DNA of 64,000 nucleotides. Source: an uncultured Actinomycetota bacterium. Lineage in GTDB: Bacteria; Actinomycetota; Actinomycetes; JAHEKZ01. The notes beneath the pieces were generated by a model that did no database searches, was not told where the DNA came from, and saw nothing but the letters and a program-made list of their open reading frames with translations. The position numbers and the translations under genes were made by a program. The DNA lies in contig CAVQYR010000002.1 in NCBI GenBank assembly GCA_963718235.1, forward strand, positions 1 to 64,000. Direction: 5' to 3'. Position 1 is the stretch's first letter. Each line of letters starts with the position of its first letter. Of the stretch, positions 40,527 through 49,938 are shown piece after piece.

Positions 40527-41101
40527 CCGAGTCGTCGACCGTCGATGCCAGCGTCGGCCCCAAGTCGGGCGGGCGCCGTCGGATCGACCGCGTGCTGTCC
40601 GACGACTTCCTCGACGGCCTGGTCGACCTCTCGTTGGCCGACCTGCGGGCCCGGCGGGCCGAGGCCGAGCAGGAGGAGGCCGACCTGTCCTACGTGCGGC
40701 GGCTGCTCCAGGGGCGGATGGACATCGTGCGCGCCGAGCTCGGACGTCGGTCGGGGGGCTCGACCGAGGGCTCGCTGGTCGACCAGCTGGCGGCGATCCT
40801 GTCCGACGGTCCGTCGGCGCCACCGCACGGCATGGGTCGCCACGTGACCGTGGAGCCGTCGCGGGTCGACGAGCACCGGCGCGCCGTCGAGCAGCTGATC
40901 GCCGACGTCGGGGTCAGCGACGTCGTGTCCCTCGACGAGAGCTCCTTGGCCGGGGCGCTGACCCGGCTGTCGGAGTACGAGCGTGCCGTGTCGCGCAACC
41001 GTCGGCGGGTGCAGGACGCCATGGACTCGTGCACCGCGGAGATCGCCCGGCGCTACAAGTCCGGCGAGGCCAGCGTCGACGACCTCCTCGCCGGCCGCTG
41101 A
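40523..41101 (+). CDS. rsiG: RsiG/AmfC-like c-di-GMP-binding anti-sigma factor
   Basis: Two E-X3-S-X2-R-X3-Q-X3-D motifs: EADLSYVRRLLQGRMD (40676-40723) and ERAVSRNRRRVQDAMD (40979-41026); dtd/asparaginase neighbourhood. Confidence 0.88.
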   Translation: MTESSTVDASVGPKSGGRRRIDRVLSDDFLDGLVDLSLADLRARRAEAEQEEADLSYVRRLLQGRMDIVRAELGRRSGGSTEGSLVDQLAAILSDGPSAPPHGMGRHVTVEPSRVDEHRRAVEQLIADVGVSDVVSLDESSLAGALTRLSEYERAVSRNRRRVQDAMDSCTAEIARRYKSGEASVDDLLAGR

Positions 41102-41115
41102 CGCCCCCACCCCAA

Positions 41116-41201
41116 GTTGATCTTGGACTTGATGTGACAGTTCGACCCCTCCGGCCGTCATCTTCTCCATGATCAACAGATGATCATCAGATGATCAACA
41201 G
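41116..41201. repeat. Imperfect inverted repeat followed by 3 x 11-bp tandem
   Basis: GTTGATCTTGGA...TCCATGATCAAC, then ATGATCAACAG/ATGATCATCAG/ATGATCAACAG. Confidence 0.65.
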
Positions 41202-41253
41202 GGAGAAGGACGGCGAGCGGGCAGGGGCAGCGGCGGAAGCGACGGACGCGCGG

Positions 41254-42204
41254 GTGCGGGGGTACGCCGCGCACCGGGTCGTCGCCGTCGTGGAGCGGTC
41301 CGGACTCGTCGAGGGTGTGCACTGCGGCACGGTGGTCGCCCTGGACGGCGCCGGCCGCGTGGTCCACGCCGTCGGTGACCCCGACCTGGAGGTCTACCCG
41401 CGGTCGGCCGCCAAGCCGATGCAGGCCTCGGGCATGGTGCGGCTCGGGCTCGAGCTCCCGGACGACGAGCTGGCGCTGGTCGGGGCCTCGCACAGCGGCG
41501 AGCCGATGCACGTCGACGGCGTCCGTCGGATCCTGGCCAGAGCCGGGCTCGACGAGTCGGCGCTGCAGAACACCCCGCGCCTCCCCCTGCACGAGCCCAG
41601 CCGCGACGCCGAGATCAAGGCCGGCCGCGGCGAGACTTCGGTGTGCGCCGACTGCTCGGGCAAGCACGCCGGCATGGTCGTGACGTGTGTCCTCAACGGC
41701 TGGGCCGTCGCCACGTACCTGGACGACGACCATCCGCTGCAGCGGGCCCTGCGCGCCGAGCTCGAGCTCGTTGCCGGCGAACCCGTCGTCCACAGCGGCG
41801 TCGACGGGTGCGGGGCGCCGATCTGGGCGATCACGCTGACCGGCCTGGCCCGGGCCTTCGCCGGGTGCGTGACCGCCGCCGAGGGATCGCCGCCGCGGAG
41901 GGTGGCCGACGCCATGCGCCGCCACCCGGAGATGGTGGGCGGTACCGGTCGAGACGTCACCGGGTTCATGACCGCCGTCCCCGGTCTGCTGGCCAAGGAG
42001 GGCGCCGAGGCGATCTACGCCGCCGCCCTCCCCGACGGCTCAGCAGTGGCCCTGAAGATCTCCGACGGAGCGTTCCGTGCGGCGCAGGTAGCGCTGGCCA
42101 GTGCCTTGGCAGCGGTCGGTGTCGACCCGGAGCGGCTCGCGCCCTGGGCGAGCGTTCCGGTGCTCGGGCACGGGCGGCCCGTGGGGTCGGTGCACGCGCC
42201 CTAA
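41254..42204 (+). CDS. L-asparaginase II (Rhizobium-type) family
   Basis: RSGLVEGVH, PRSAAKPMQA, SHSGE, CSGKHAGM, DGCGAP, KEGAE, KISDG; start uncertain. Confidence 0.9.
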   Translation: MRGYAAHRVVAVVERSGLVEGVHCGTVVALDGAGRVVHAVGDPDLEVYPRSAAKPMQASGMVRLGLELPDDELALVGASHSGEPMHVDGVRRILARAGLDESALQNTPRLPLHEPSRDAEIKAGRGETSVCADCSGKHAGMVVTCVLNGWAVATYLDDDHPLQRALRAELELVAGEPVVHSGVDGCGAPIWAITLTGLARAFAGCVTAAEGSPPRRVADAMRRHPEMVGGTGRDVTGFMTAVPGLLAKEGAEAIYAAALPDGSAVALKISDGAFRAAQVALASALAAVGVDPERLAPWASVPVLGHGRPVGSVHAP

Positions 42205-42221
42205 GCCGGCTAGCCAACAGC

Positions 42222-42670
42222 CTAGCCGCGCAGCAGGTACCGGGTGCCGGCTCCATCACCGGTGCGTCGGCGAGCACGGTGTAGTGCTCCCAGCCGACGC
42301 CGTCGGGGTCGGTCGACCACACCTTGTCCTGGACGGCGTAGCAGCAGGCGACCTCCGACTCCACCGAGCCGACCAGCCCCTCGTCGGCCAGCCGGGTCGT
42401 GGCGGCGGTGACGTCGTCGGTGGTGGCGACCTCCACGCCGAGGTGGTTCAGGGTGCCCGCGTTCGCCGGCGACTCGATGAGCACGAGCTTCAGGGGCGGG
42501 CTGTCGATCGCGAAGTTGGCGTAGCCGGGGCGCCGCTTGGCCGGCTCGGCGGCGAACAGACGGCTGTAGAAGGCGACCGCGGCGTCGACGTCGCTGACGT
42601 TGAGGGCCAGCTGGACTCGGGGCAGGGCCGGGGCGGCGACCGTGGGCTGGGAGAGGGACGTGGTGGACAT
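42222..42670 (-). CDS. arsI: ArsI/CadI family VOC protein (C-As lyase-like); stop probably lost through a 1-nt indel
   Basis: VQLALNVSD, KRRPGYANF, LNHLGVEV, CCYAVQDKVW, WEHYTV. Confidence 0.88.
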
Positions 42671-42771
42671 GCGGGTACCTCCTGGGCAGTAATTCGACAG
42701 TCGTCAATATAGGCGAAGATTTCGACATCTGTCAATGGATTGTTCGACAGGTATCGAATAGGCTCGTGCCC

Positions 42772-43119
42772 ATGACCCGAACCGCGATCCCGCTGCCACT
42801 GGTCGACGCCGACTGCTGCGCCCCCCTCGGCGAGAGCGCGCTGGACGCCGACACGGCCGAGATGCTGGCCCACGCCTTCAAGGCGCTGTCCGACCCGGTG
42901 CGGCTGCGGCTGTTGAGCATCATCGCTGCCGCGCCGTCCGGGGAGGTCTGCGCCTGCGACCTGGCCGCCCCGGTCGGCAAGAGCCAGCCGACCGTCTCCC
43001 ACCACCTGAAGGTGCTGCGCGAGGCCGGCCTGGTCACGAGCACCAAGCGCGGTACCTGGGTCCACTACGCGGCAGTTCCGCATCGGCTCGAGGCGCTGCG
43101 CGGCGTCCTCGGCGCGTGA
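42772..43119 (+). CDS. arsR: ArsR/SmtB metalloregulator
   Basis: DCC, FKALSDPVRLRLL, EVCACDL, SQPTVSHHLKVLREAGL. Confidence 0.93.
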   Translation: MTRTAIPLPLVDADCCAPLGESALDADTAEMLAHAFKALSDPVRLRLLSIIAAAPSGEVCACDLAAPVGKSQPTVSHHLKVLREAGLVTSTKRGTWVHYAAVPHRLEALRGVLGA

Positions 43120-43123
43120 ACCA

Positions 43124-43843
43124 ATGAGTGACCTCGCCAACCCGGTTCCGCTGGGGCGTCGGGTGTTCGCCGAGGCGTTGGGCACCGGAGCCCTCGTCAC
43201 CGTGGTGGTCGGCTCCGGGATCATGGCCGCCCAGCTGTCCGACGACGTCGGCGTGCAGCTGCTGATCAACGCAGTGGCGACCGGCGCGGCCCTCTACGTG
43301 CTCATCGCCCAGCTCGCCCCGATCAGCGGCGCGCAGCTCAACCCGGTGGTCACCGGCCTGGACGCCGTGTTCGGCGGACGTCACGCCCGCAGCGTCGGCC
43401 TGTACGTCGGGGCCCAGGTCGTCGGCGCGGCGCTCGGCGCCATGCTGGCGAACCTGATGTTCGCACTCCCCGCGATCGACTGGTCGACCCACGACCGGGT
43501 CACCGCGGCGACGCTGCTGGGCGAGGTCGTGGCGACCTTCGGGCTGACCGCGGTGATCTTCGGTCTGGTGCGCAGTGGCCGGGCACCTCTGGTCGCACCC
43601 AGCGTCGCGCTCTTCATCACGAGTGCGTACTTCTTCACCTCCTCGACGTCCTTCGCCAACCCGGCGGTCACCCTCGGCCGCACGCTGAGCGACACCTTCG
43701 CCGGCATCGCCCCGTCGTCGGCACCGGCCTTCATCGCCGCACAGGTGGTCGGTGCCGCGCTCGGCTACGTCGCGGTCCGCGGGCTGTGGCCGATGCCGAA
43801 GACCGACGCACCCGAGAACATCGTGATGGAGGAGCAAGCATGA
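43124..43843 (+). CDS. MIP/aquaporin family channel (arsenite AqpS-like)
   Basis: ISGAQLNPVVT and STSFANPAVTLGR (NPA-like boxes). Confidence 0.9.
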   Translation: MSDLANPVPLGRRVFAEALGTGALVTVVVGSGIMAAQLSDDVGVQLLINAVATGAALYVLIAQLAPISGAQLNPVVTGLDAVFGGRHARSVGLYVGAQVVGAALGAMLANLMFALPAIDWSTHDRVTAATLLGEVVATFGLTAVIFGLVRSGRAPLVAPSVALFITSAYFFTSSTSFANPAVTLGRTLSDTFAGIAPSSAPAFIAAQVVGAALGYVAVRGLWPMPKTDAPENIVMEEQA

Positions 43844-44253
43844 GTGAGAGCCGACCGGTCATCCTGGTTGCCTGCCGTAAGAACGCCGGTCGTTCGCAGG
43901 CCGCCGCCGCGCTGCTGCGTCACTACGGAGGCGATCGGGTCGAGGTTCTCTCGGGTGGGTCCGAGCCCGCTGACGAGGTGCATCCGGAGGTCCGCGCGGT
44001 GCTCGCCGAGCGCGACCTGGTGCCGGAGTCGAGCCCCAAGCGGTTCGACGCAGCGATGGTGCAGGCGGCCGACATCGTCGTGACGATGGGATGCGGCGAG
44101 GAGTGCCCTTACTACCCCGGCCGCACCTACCTCGACTGGGAGGTGCAGGACCCGCACGGGCGTCCGGTCGAGGAGGTGCGGGTCATCGTCGACGACATCG
44201 ACACCAGGGTGCGCGACCTGCTCGGCTCGCTCGGGCTGGAGGTCGTTCGCTAG
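43840..44253 (+). CDS. arsC: Arsenate reductase (LMW-PTP fold)
   Basis: CRKNAGRS (CX5R), TMGCGEECP, DWEVQDP. Confidence 0.88.
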   Translation: MSESRPVILVACRKNAGRSQAAAALLRHYGGDRVEVLSGGSEPADEVHPEVRAVLAERDLVPESSPKRFDAAMVQAADIVVTMGCGEECPYYPGRTYLDWEVQDPHGRPVEEVRVIVDDIDTRVRDLLGSLGLEVVR

Positions 44254-44296
44254 CAGGGTGCTTGCAATAGTTAGCACTTTGGGTTAGCCTCGAGGG

Positions 44297-44824
44297 GTGA
44301 GTTCCTCTCCGGTCGTTCGGCTCGGCGACTACATCCGTGAACAGCGCGAAGGTGCGGCGATCTCGCTGCGCCGGTTGGCCCTGGACGCCGGCGTCTCGAA
44401 CCCCTACCTGAGCCAGATCGAGCGCGGCCTGCGCAAGCCCAGCGCGGAGGTGCTGCAGCAGATCGCCAAGGGGCTGCGGATCTCCGCCGAGCAGCTCTAC
44501 GTGCGGGCCGGCCTGCTCGAGGAGCGGGAGTCCGGGCTCGAGGTGGAGTCGGCCGTGGTCAGCGACCCGGCGATCTCCGAGCGGCAGAAGCGCGTGCTGC
44601 TCGACATCTACGCCTCGTTCCTGTCCGAGAACGCGCAAACCACGCACCAGCCCGTTGCGCCGGAGGCCGCTGACGCCAAGGCCGCCCCTGTGAAGAAGAC
44701 CACGAAGCGACCCGCAGCGAAGAAGGCCAGCGGCACCAAGAGCACGAGCAAGCGGCCGGCGAAGAAGTCCACCACTCCCTCCACCTCACGATCCACGACC
44801 GCCCGTAAGGCCAAGAAAGGCTGA
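44297..44824 (+). CDS. XRE-family HTH regulator with Lys-rich tail (Rv0474-like)
   Basis: GVSNPYLSQIERGLRKPSAEVLQQIAKGLRISAE; TAGCCT -10 element just upstream (leaderless). Confidence 0.92.
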   Translation: MSSSPVVRLGDYIREQREGAAISLRRLALDAGVSNPYLSQIERGLRKPSAEVLQQIAKGLRISAEQLYVRAGLLEERESGLEVESAVVSDPAISERQKRVLLDIYASFLSENAQTTHQPVAPEAADAKAAPVKKTTKRPAAKKASGTKSTSKRPAKKSTTPSTSRSTTARKAKKG

Positions 44825-44826
44825 TC

Positions 44827-45372
44827 ATGCCCACCATCCCTGCCCCTCTGTACGCACTCGTCGGTGTCACCGACCTCGCGACCGAGAAGGCGCGCGCCCT
44901 GCCCGTCAAGCTCGCCGAGATCGAGATCAGGCGCTTCGAGCCCCCGACCGTCGACGACGCCAAGGCCGCCATGGCCGACGCGAAGGCCGCGGTCAGCAAG
45001 ATCGACCTCACCAAGCTCGACCCACGCAAGGTCGAGCTGCCCAGCAAAGACACGCTGAACGTCGAGCTGCCGGCAATGGCCGACCTCGACCCGCGCAAGG
45101 TCGAGCTGCCGAAGTTCGAGCTCTCCGACTTCGCCGCCCGCGCGTTCGAGCTGGCTGCCGTCGCGGAGAAGAAGTACGACGGACTGGTCGTCCGCGGCGA
45201 GCGCGTCGTCGCATCGGTGCGTGGCACCGAGCACGTGAGCGTTCCGGCGCCGACCGTCGCCGAGCCCGCGACCCCGCAGATGCCGGAGACCCCAGCGGCA
45301 CCCAAGGCGACCAAGCCGGCGACGAAGAAGGCCACCAAGCCCGCGGCCAAGAAGACCGAGCCCGAGGCCTGA
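44827..45372 (+). CDS. Heparin-binding-hemagglutinin-like protein
   Basis: PLYALVGVTDLA, YDGLVVRGERVV, K/P/A-rich tail; position between XRE and DUF2516 genes. Confidence 0.72.
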   Translation: MPTIPAPLYALVGVTDLATEKARALPVKLAEIEIRRFEPPTVDDAKAAMADAKAAVSKIDLTKLDPRKVELPSKDTLNVELPAMADLDPRKVELPKFELSDFAARAFELAAVAEKKYDGLVVRGERVVASVRGTEHVSVPAPTVAEPATPQMPETPAAPKATKPATKKATKPAAKKTEPEA

Positions 45373-45379
45373 CCTGAGC

Positions 45380-45423
45380 CGAGGAGCCCACGGACGATCC
45401 GCCGATCGTCCGTGGGCTCCTCG
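45380..45423. terminator. Perfect 20-bp stem hairpin, probable terminator
   Basis: CGAGGAGCCCACGGACGATC-CGCC-GATCGTCCGTGGGCTCCTCG. Confidence 0.8.
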
Positions 45424-45482
45424 CTGTCGCACGCCGACCGGCGCAGCGGGCGAGCGGGTGGCCGTGCCGTTAGCCTGGGCCC

Positions 45483-45794
45483 ATGAACCTGTTCGGACCG
45501 ATCAGCACGATCAGCCTGCTCATCCAGATCGCGCTGTTGTGTCTGATCCTGTTCGCCCTGGTCGACGCCCTCATCCGGCCGAGCGCGGCCTACGTGGCCG
45601 CGAGCAAGCGGACCAAGCTGCTGTGGGGCCTCGTGCTCGCCGTCGGGTTCGGTGTCGCCTTCGTCGCCGGTTCGACCTCGTTGTTCGGCCTGCTGGGCGT
45701 GGTGGCCGCGATCGTGTACCTGGTCGACGTCCGCCCTGCGGTGAAGAGCCTCGGCCGTGGCGGGTCGACGCAAGGTCCCCACGGTTCTTGGTGA
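45483..45794 (+). CDS. DUF2516 family membrane protein
   Basis: FALVDA...AYVAASKRTK..W, VYLVDVRPA. Confidence 0.9.
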   Translation: MNLFGPISTISLLIQIALLCLILFALVDALIRPSAAYVAASKRTKLLWGLVLAVGFGVAFVAGSTSLFGLLGVVAAIVYLVDVRPAVKSLGRGGSTQGPHGSW

Positions 45795-46531
45795 CCGTTC
45801 CGACCCCGGACCACCTGGTCACCGGCACCGGGTCGCCCAGCACAGTGTTCGTCGCCGGGCTGGCCCAGACGCTCGCCGACGTGCGGGTGTTCGCCAGCGG
45901 CGTCAGTGGTACCCGCACCTTCGTCGAGCTGGTCGTGCCGAGCGTCGCCTCGGGGCTCGACGACGTCGACGCCGTCTGCGCGGAGGTCGGCGCCGGCCAG
46001 GCGGTCGGCGTGTCACTGGGTGCCACGACGGTGCTCGCCCTGGCGGCGCGGCAGCCGCAGCGGTTCGACCGGCTCGTGCTCGCCCTCCCCGGTGCGGTCT
46101 TCAGCGACCACGGTGAACCGGCGCGAGACCTGATCCGGTCCTTGCAGACCGCCTTGGAGCAACGGGACCAGATCGCCGTGGCGCGGGCATTGCTGGCCCT
46201 GCAGCCGGAATCGGTGCGAAGACGGCTGCAGGTCACCATGTGGGCTCGGCGACAGGCCGACGTCGTCCTGGGACTTCCGCTCGGGCCACTGTTCGACGAC
46301 GTGCTGTCAGGAGCAGCCGCCGCCCTCGTCTCCACGCTCGACTGCGCGGCCGTCACGATGCCGGTGCTGGTGGTGGCCCAGGGCGACGACGACGTCCACC
46401 CCGTCGCCGCTGCCGAGCAGCTGGCGGCGGCGCTGCCCGATGCCCGGCTGGTGGTCAGTGACGTGCCATGGGTGTGGTCGGCGCGAGATCGGCTGCGAGA
46501 CGTCGTGAGCGGGTTCCTGGCCGGAGGCTAG
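45791..46531 (+). CDS. Alpha/beta hydrolase
   Basis: GVSLG nucleophile elbow; VVAQGDDDVHPV. Confidence 0.8.
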   Translation: MTVPTPDHLVTGTGSPSTVFVAGLAQTLADVRVFASGVSGTRTFVELVVPSVASGLDDVDAVCAEVGAGQAVGVSLGATTVLALAARQPQRFDRLVLALPGAVFSDHGEPARDLIRSLQTALEQRDQIAVARALLALQPESVRRRLQVTMWARRQADVVLGLPLGPLFDDVLSGAAAALVSTLDCAAVTMPVLVVAQGDDDVHPVAAAEQLAAALPDARLVVSDVPWVWSARDRLRDVVSGFLAGG

Positions 46532-46541
46532 GGTCGCGCTC

Positions 46542-47276
46542 ATGACGACCGACCACCAGGGACGCACCCAGCGACTCGAGCTCGACGACCCGTCCGTGCG
46601 TGAGTGGGACGCCGTCGTCCTCGACGTCGACGACGACGGCATCGTGCTCGACCGATCGGCGTTCTACCCCGGAGGTGGGGGCCAGCCACCGGACCACGGG
46701 GTGCTCCTGTGGGGCGGGGTGCAGACCCGGATCGTCGGAGCACGTCGTGGTGACGACGTCCGGCTGTTGGCCGCCGAGGGCGATCCGCTGCCGACCGCAG
46801 GAACCGCGGTACGAGGAGCGATCGAGGACGACCGGCGTACCGCGTTGATGCGAACCCATTCCGGGCTGCACCTGCTCAGTGGTGTCGTGTTCCGCGACTT
46901 CGGTGCGTTGGTGACGGGAGGGAACATGGAGCCGTTCGAGGCGCGGATGGACTTCAACCTGCCTGAGGTGCCCGAGGGCTTCAAGGACGCCGTTGCTGCG
47001 GCCTGCGCAGTCGAGGTGGCCGCCGACCGAGCGATCGAGGTCAGCAACCTGCCGCGCGACAAGGCTTTCGCGATCCCCGACATCATCCGGACCGCGACCA
47101 ACCTGCTGCCGCCCGACCTGGAGGTCGTGCGGATCGTCGACATCGTCGGGCTCGACACCCAGGCCGACGGTGGGACGCACGTGGCGTCGACCCGCCAGAT
47201 CGGCGGGATCGAGGTCGTCAAGGTCGAGAACAAGGGCAAGGGATTCCGCCGACTGCGCGTGCGCATCACCGACTGA
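46542..47276 (+). CDS. alaX: Alanyl-tRNA editing protein AlaX
   Basis: FYPGGGGQPPDHG, MRTHSGLH, QADGGTHV, KVENKGKGFRR. Confidence 0.92.
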   Translation: MTTDHQGRTQRLELDDPSVREWDAVVLDVDDDGIVLDRSAFYPGGGGQPPDHGVLLWGGVQTRIVGARRGDDVRLLAAEGDPLPTAGTAVRGAIEDDRRTALMRTHSGLHLLSGVVFRDFGALVTGGNMEPFEARMDFNLPEVPEGFKDAVAAACAVEVAADRAIEVSNLPRDKAFAIPDIIRTATNLLPPDLEVVRIVDIVGLDTQADGGTHVASTRQIGGIEVVKVENKGKGFRRLRVRITD

Positions 47277-47847
47277 GCGCGTCGCCGGTTCGCGCTGGCC
47301 CACGCGACGTGCGGTCGATGGACCACCACTGCATGCTGACGCCGTACCAGCGGTCGGTCTCGCCCCGTGCGGTCATGCCCAGGCGTCGCATCACCGCGAA
47401 CGACGGGTCGTTGCCGGAGTAGGCCACAGCGTTGACCACGTCCAGGCCCAGGTCGTCGAAGCCGTGCTCGATCAGCCGCCCGGCGGCCTCGGTGGCGTAG
47501 CCGTGACCCCAGTGGTCGGGGTGCAGGTGCCAGCCCACCTCGACATCGTCGGTGAGCCGGCCGTCGGCGTCGGGCAGCCGGACCAGCAGGGCCGTCCCGA
47601 CGGGGTGCCCGACGGACTCGGGAACGACCGCCCACAGGCCGTAGCCGGGTTCCTCCTCGGCTACGGCCCGCCAGCGCTCCAGCCGCTCGCGGGCCGCCTC
47701 GGGGGACGCCCAGGGGGCCGGCGTGGCGCCGAGCCAGCGCGCGACTTCGTCGCGGCGGTAGATGTCGTACGCCGCAGCCACGTCGTCGTCGGCGTCGGGG
47801 TCCCAGGGGCGCAGGGTGAGCCGGGAGGTGCGCAGTGAGTCGGCCAC
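47266..47847 (-). CDS. GNAT N-acetyltransferase (RimJ/RimL)
   Basis: LRTSRLTLRPW, EVGWHLHPDHWGHGYATEAA, NDPSFAVMRRLGM. Confidence 0.9.
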   Translation of the reverse strand: MADSLRTSRLTLRPWDPDADDDVAAAYDIYRRDEVARWLGATPAPWASPEAARERLERWRAVAEEEPGYGLWAVVPESVGHPVGTALLVRLPDADGRLTDDVEVGWHLHPDHWGHGYATEAAGRLIEHGFDDLGLDVVNAVAYSGNDPSFAVMRRLGMTARGETDRWYGVSMQWWSIDRTSRGPARTGDALSR

Positions 47848-47986
47848 GTGGGCAGCCTACGGACGGGCCGCCCCCGGGGCCGTCGGCTGGGCCTTTGCCG
47901 GTCGTCCGGTGGCCTTGCGGGCCGCCGGCCCTCGGCAAGGCCACCTCACGATCAGCAAACCTGATCGTGGGCGGAACAGCGCGCGG

Positions 47987-48043
47987 GACGGTGCGGACGG
48001 TGCGCAAGACGGTGCGCAAGACGGTGCGCAAGACGGTGCGCGA
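47987..48043. repeat. 12-bp tandem repeat GACGGTGCGCAA x4 plus a partial
   Basis: Units at 47996, 48008, 48020, 48032; upstream of mshA. Confidence 0.88.
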
Positions 48044-48123
48044 GACACGGGGAGGGGAATGGGGGAGGATCTAGCGGGCGTTGGGACGGCCGGGCGGACC
48101 AGGACGGGTAGGAGGGAGCGGGC

Positions 48124-49413
48124 ATGAGCAGTCGAGGCGTCCGCAACCTGATGCCGCGCCGGATCGCCACGCTGAGCGTGCACACCTCCCCGCTCGACCA
48201 GCCTGGGACCGGCGACGCCGGAGGCATGAACGTGTACGTCGTCGAGACCGCCAAGCGGCTGGCCGACCTCGGGGTCGAGAGCGAGATCTTCACCAGGGCC
48301 ACCTCCGGCGACCTCCCGCCGAGCGTCGAACTGGCCCCCGGGGTCACCGTGCGCCACGTGCCAGCCGGACCCTTCGAGGGCCTGGCCAAGGAGGACCTCC
48401 CCGGCCTGCTGTGCGCCTTCACCTCCGGGGTGCTGCGGGCCGAGGCCCGCCACGACCCCGGCCACTACGACCTCGTGCACAGCCACTACTGGCTGTCCGG
48501 ACAGGTCGGCTACCTCGCCAAGGACCGGTGGGGTACCCCGCTCGTCCACTCGATGCACACCATGGCCAAGGTGAAGAACGCCTGGCTCGCCGAGGGCGAC
48601 ACCCCTGAGCCGAGCGCGCGGGTGGTCGGCGAGGCCCAGGTCGTGGGTGCAGCCGACCGGCTCGTGGCCAACACCGACGCCGAGGCCGATCAGCTGATCC
48701 AGCTCTACGACGCCAAGCCCGAGCGGGTCGCCGTCGTCGAGCCCGGAGTCGACCTCCAGGTGTTCACCGCTGGTGACCAGGGCGCGGCCCGGCGAAGGCT
48801 CGGGCTCCCGGTCGACGCCTCTGTGCTGCTGTTCGTCGGGCGGATCCAGCCGCTGAAGGCCCCTGACGTCCTGGTCCGCGCGGCGGCCCAGCTCGTCTCC
48901 GAGCAGCCCCACCGCAGGGAGCAGCTCGTCGTCGCGGTGGTCGGTGGCCCGAGCGGGTCCGGCCTCGCCCACCCCGAGCACCTCGAGAAGCTCGCGTCGT
49001 CTCTGGGCATCGGCGACCTCGTCCGGTTCGCCCCTCCAGCGGCGCAGCGCGAGCTGGCCGACTGGTACCGGGCAGCCGACGTCACGGTGGTCCCGTCGTA
49101 CAACGAGTCCTTCGGCCTGGTCGCGGTCGAGTCGCAGGCGTGCGGGACCCCGGTCGTGGCGGCCGCCGTCGGGGGCCTGACGACCGCGGTGCGCGACGGG
49201 GTGTCCGGACTTCTCGTCCAGGGGCACGACCCCCGTGACTACGCCCGGGTGCTGGGCCGGCTGCTCGACCAGCCGCGCCTGCGTGCGACGCTCGGTGCCG
49301 GCGCGCTCGACCATGCGGACCAGTTCGGTTGGACGGCGACGGCCGAGGCCATGCTCGCGGTGTACCGCCAGGCACTCACCGCATCCGCAAACGAGGGCAG
49401 CGTGGCCTCCTGA
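48124..49413 (+). CDS. mshA: D-inositol-3-phosphate glycosyltransferase (mycothiol synthesis)
   Basis: [59 protein letters not shown]. Confidence 0.96.
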   Translation: MSSRGVRNLMPRRIATLSVHTSPLDQPGTGDAGGMNVYVVETAKRLADLGVESEIFTRATSGDLPPSVELAPGVTVRHVPAGPFEGLAKEDLPGLLCAFTSGVLRAEARHDPGHYDLVHSHYWLSGQVGYLAKDRWGTPLVHSMHTMAKVKNAWLAEGDTPEPSARVVGEAQVVGAADRLVANTDAEADQLIQLYDAKPERVAVVEPGVDLQVFTAGDQGAARRRLGLPVDASVLLFVGRIQPLKAPDVLVRAAAQLVSEQPHRREQLVVAVVGGPSGSGLAHPEHLEKLASSLGIGDLVRFAPPAAQRELADWYRAADVTVVPSYNESFGLVAVESQACGTPVVAAAVGGLTTAVRDGVSGLLVQGHDPRDYARVLGRLLDQPRLRATLGAGALDHADQFGWTATAEAMLAVYRQALTASANEGSVAS

Positions 49414-49934
49414 GCGGCGACGCCGTCACCGTCGTCCGGCGGACCCTCGAGCAGCTCGGCGTCGCCTGGAGCGAGCCGTCGCCGGGCACGCTCGTCGCCG
49501 AGCTCCCCGGCGAGCGCAAGCTGCGCACGACGGTGTCGATGGTGGTCGGTCGCTACAGCCTCACCGTCAACGCGTTCGTCGTGCGGCACCCGGACGAGAA
49601 CCACGAGGCGTTCCTGCGGTGGCTGCTGCGTGAGAACGCCAAGCACCCCGGGCTCGCCTTCGGCGTAGACCCCCTGGACGACGTGTACCTGGTTGCCAGG
49701 CTGCCCCTGGACGCCGTCACTCCCGAAACCGTTGATGCCCTCCTGGGACAGGTGCTGCAGACCGCCGACGGTGCGTTCAACACCCTGCTCGAGCTCGGGT
49801 TCGCCACGAGCATCCGACGGGAGTGGCAGTGGCGGGTGAGCCGGGGGGAGTCGCTGGCCAACCTCGAGGCGTTCCGCCACCTGACCGACGGGTCGTCGGA
49901 CCCTGCCGGCGCTGAGGACTCTGGGCGATCATGA
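49410..49934 (+). CDS. YbjN-domain protein
   Basis: [35 protein letters not shown]; usual neighbour of mshA; start uncertain. Confidence 0.88.
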   Translation: MSGDAVTVVRRTLEQLGVAWSEPSPGTLVAELPGERKLRTTVSMVVGRYSLTVNAFVVRHPDENHEAFLRWLLRENAKHPGLAFGVDPLDDVYLVARLPLDAVTPETVDALLGQVLQTADGAFNTLLELGFATSIRREWQWRVSRGESLANLEAFRHLTDGSSDPAGAEDSGRS

Positions 49935-49938
49935 AAAG

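Noticed and set aside
34363-47276. dtd and alaX as a tRNA-editing cluster
   Set aside because: About 12 kb apart on opposite strands with unrelated genes between; ordinary core-genome neighbourhood
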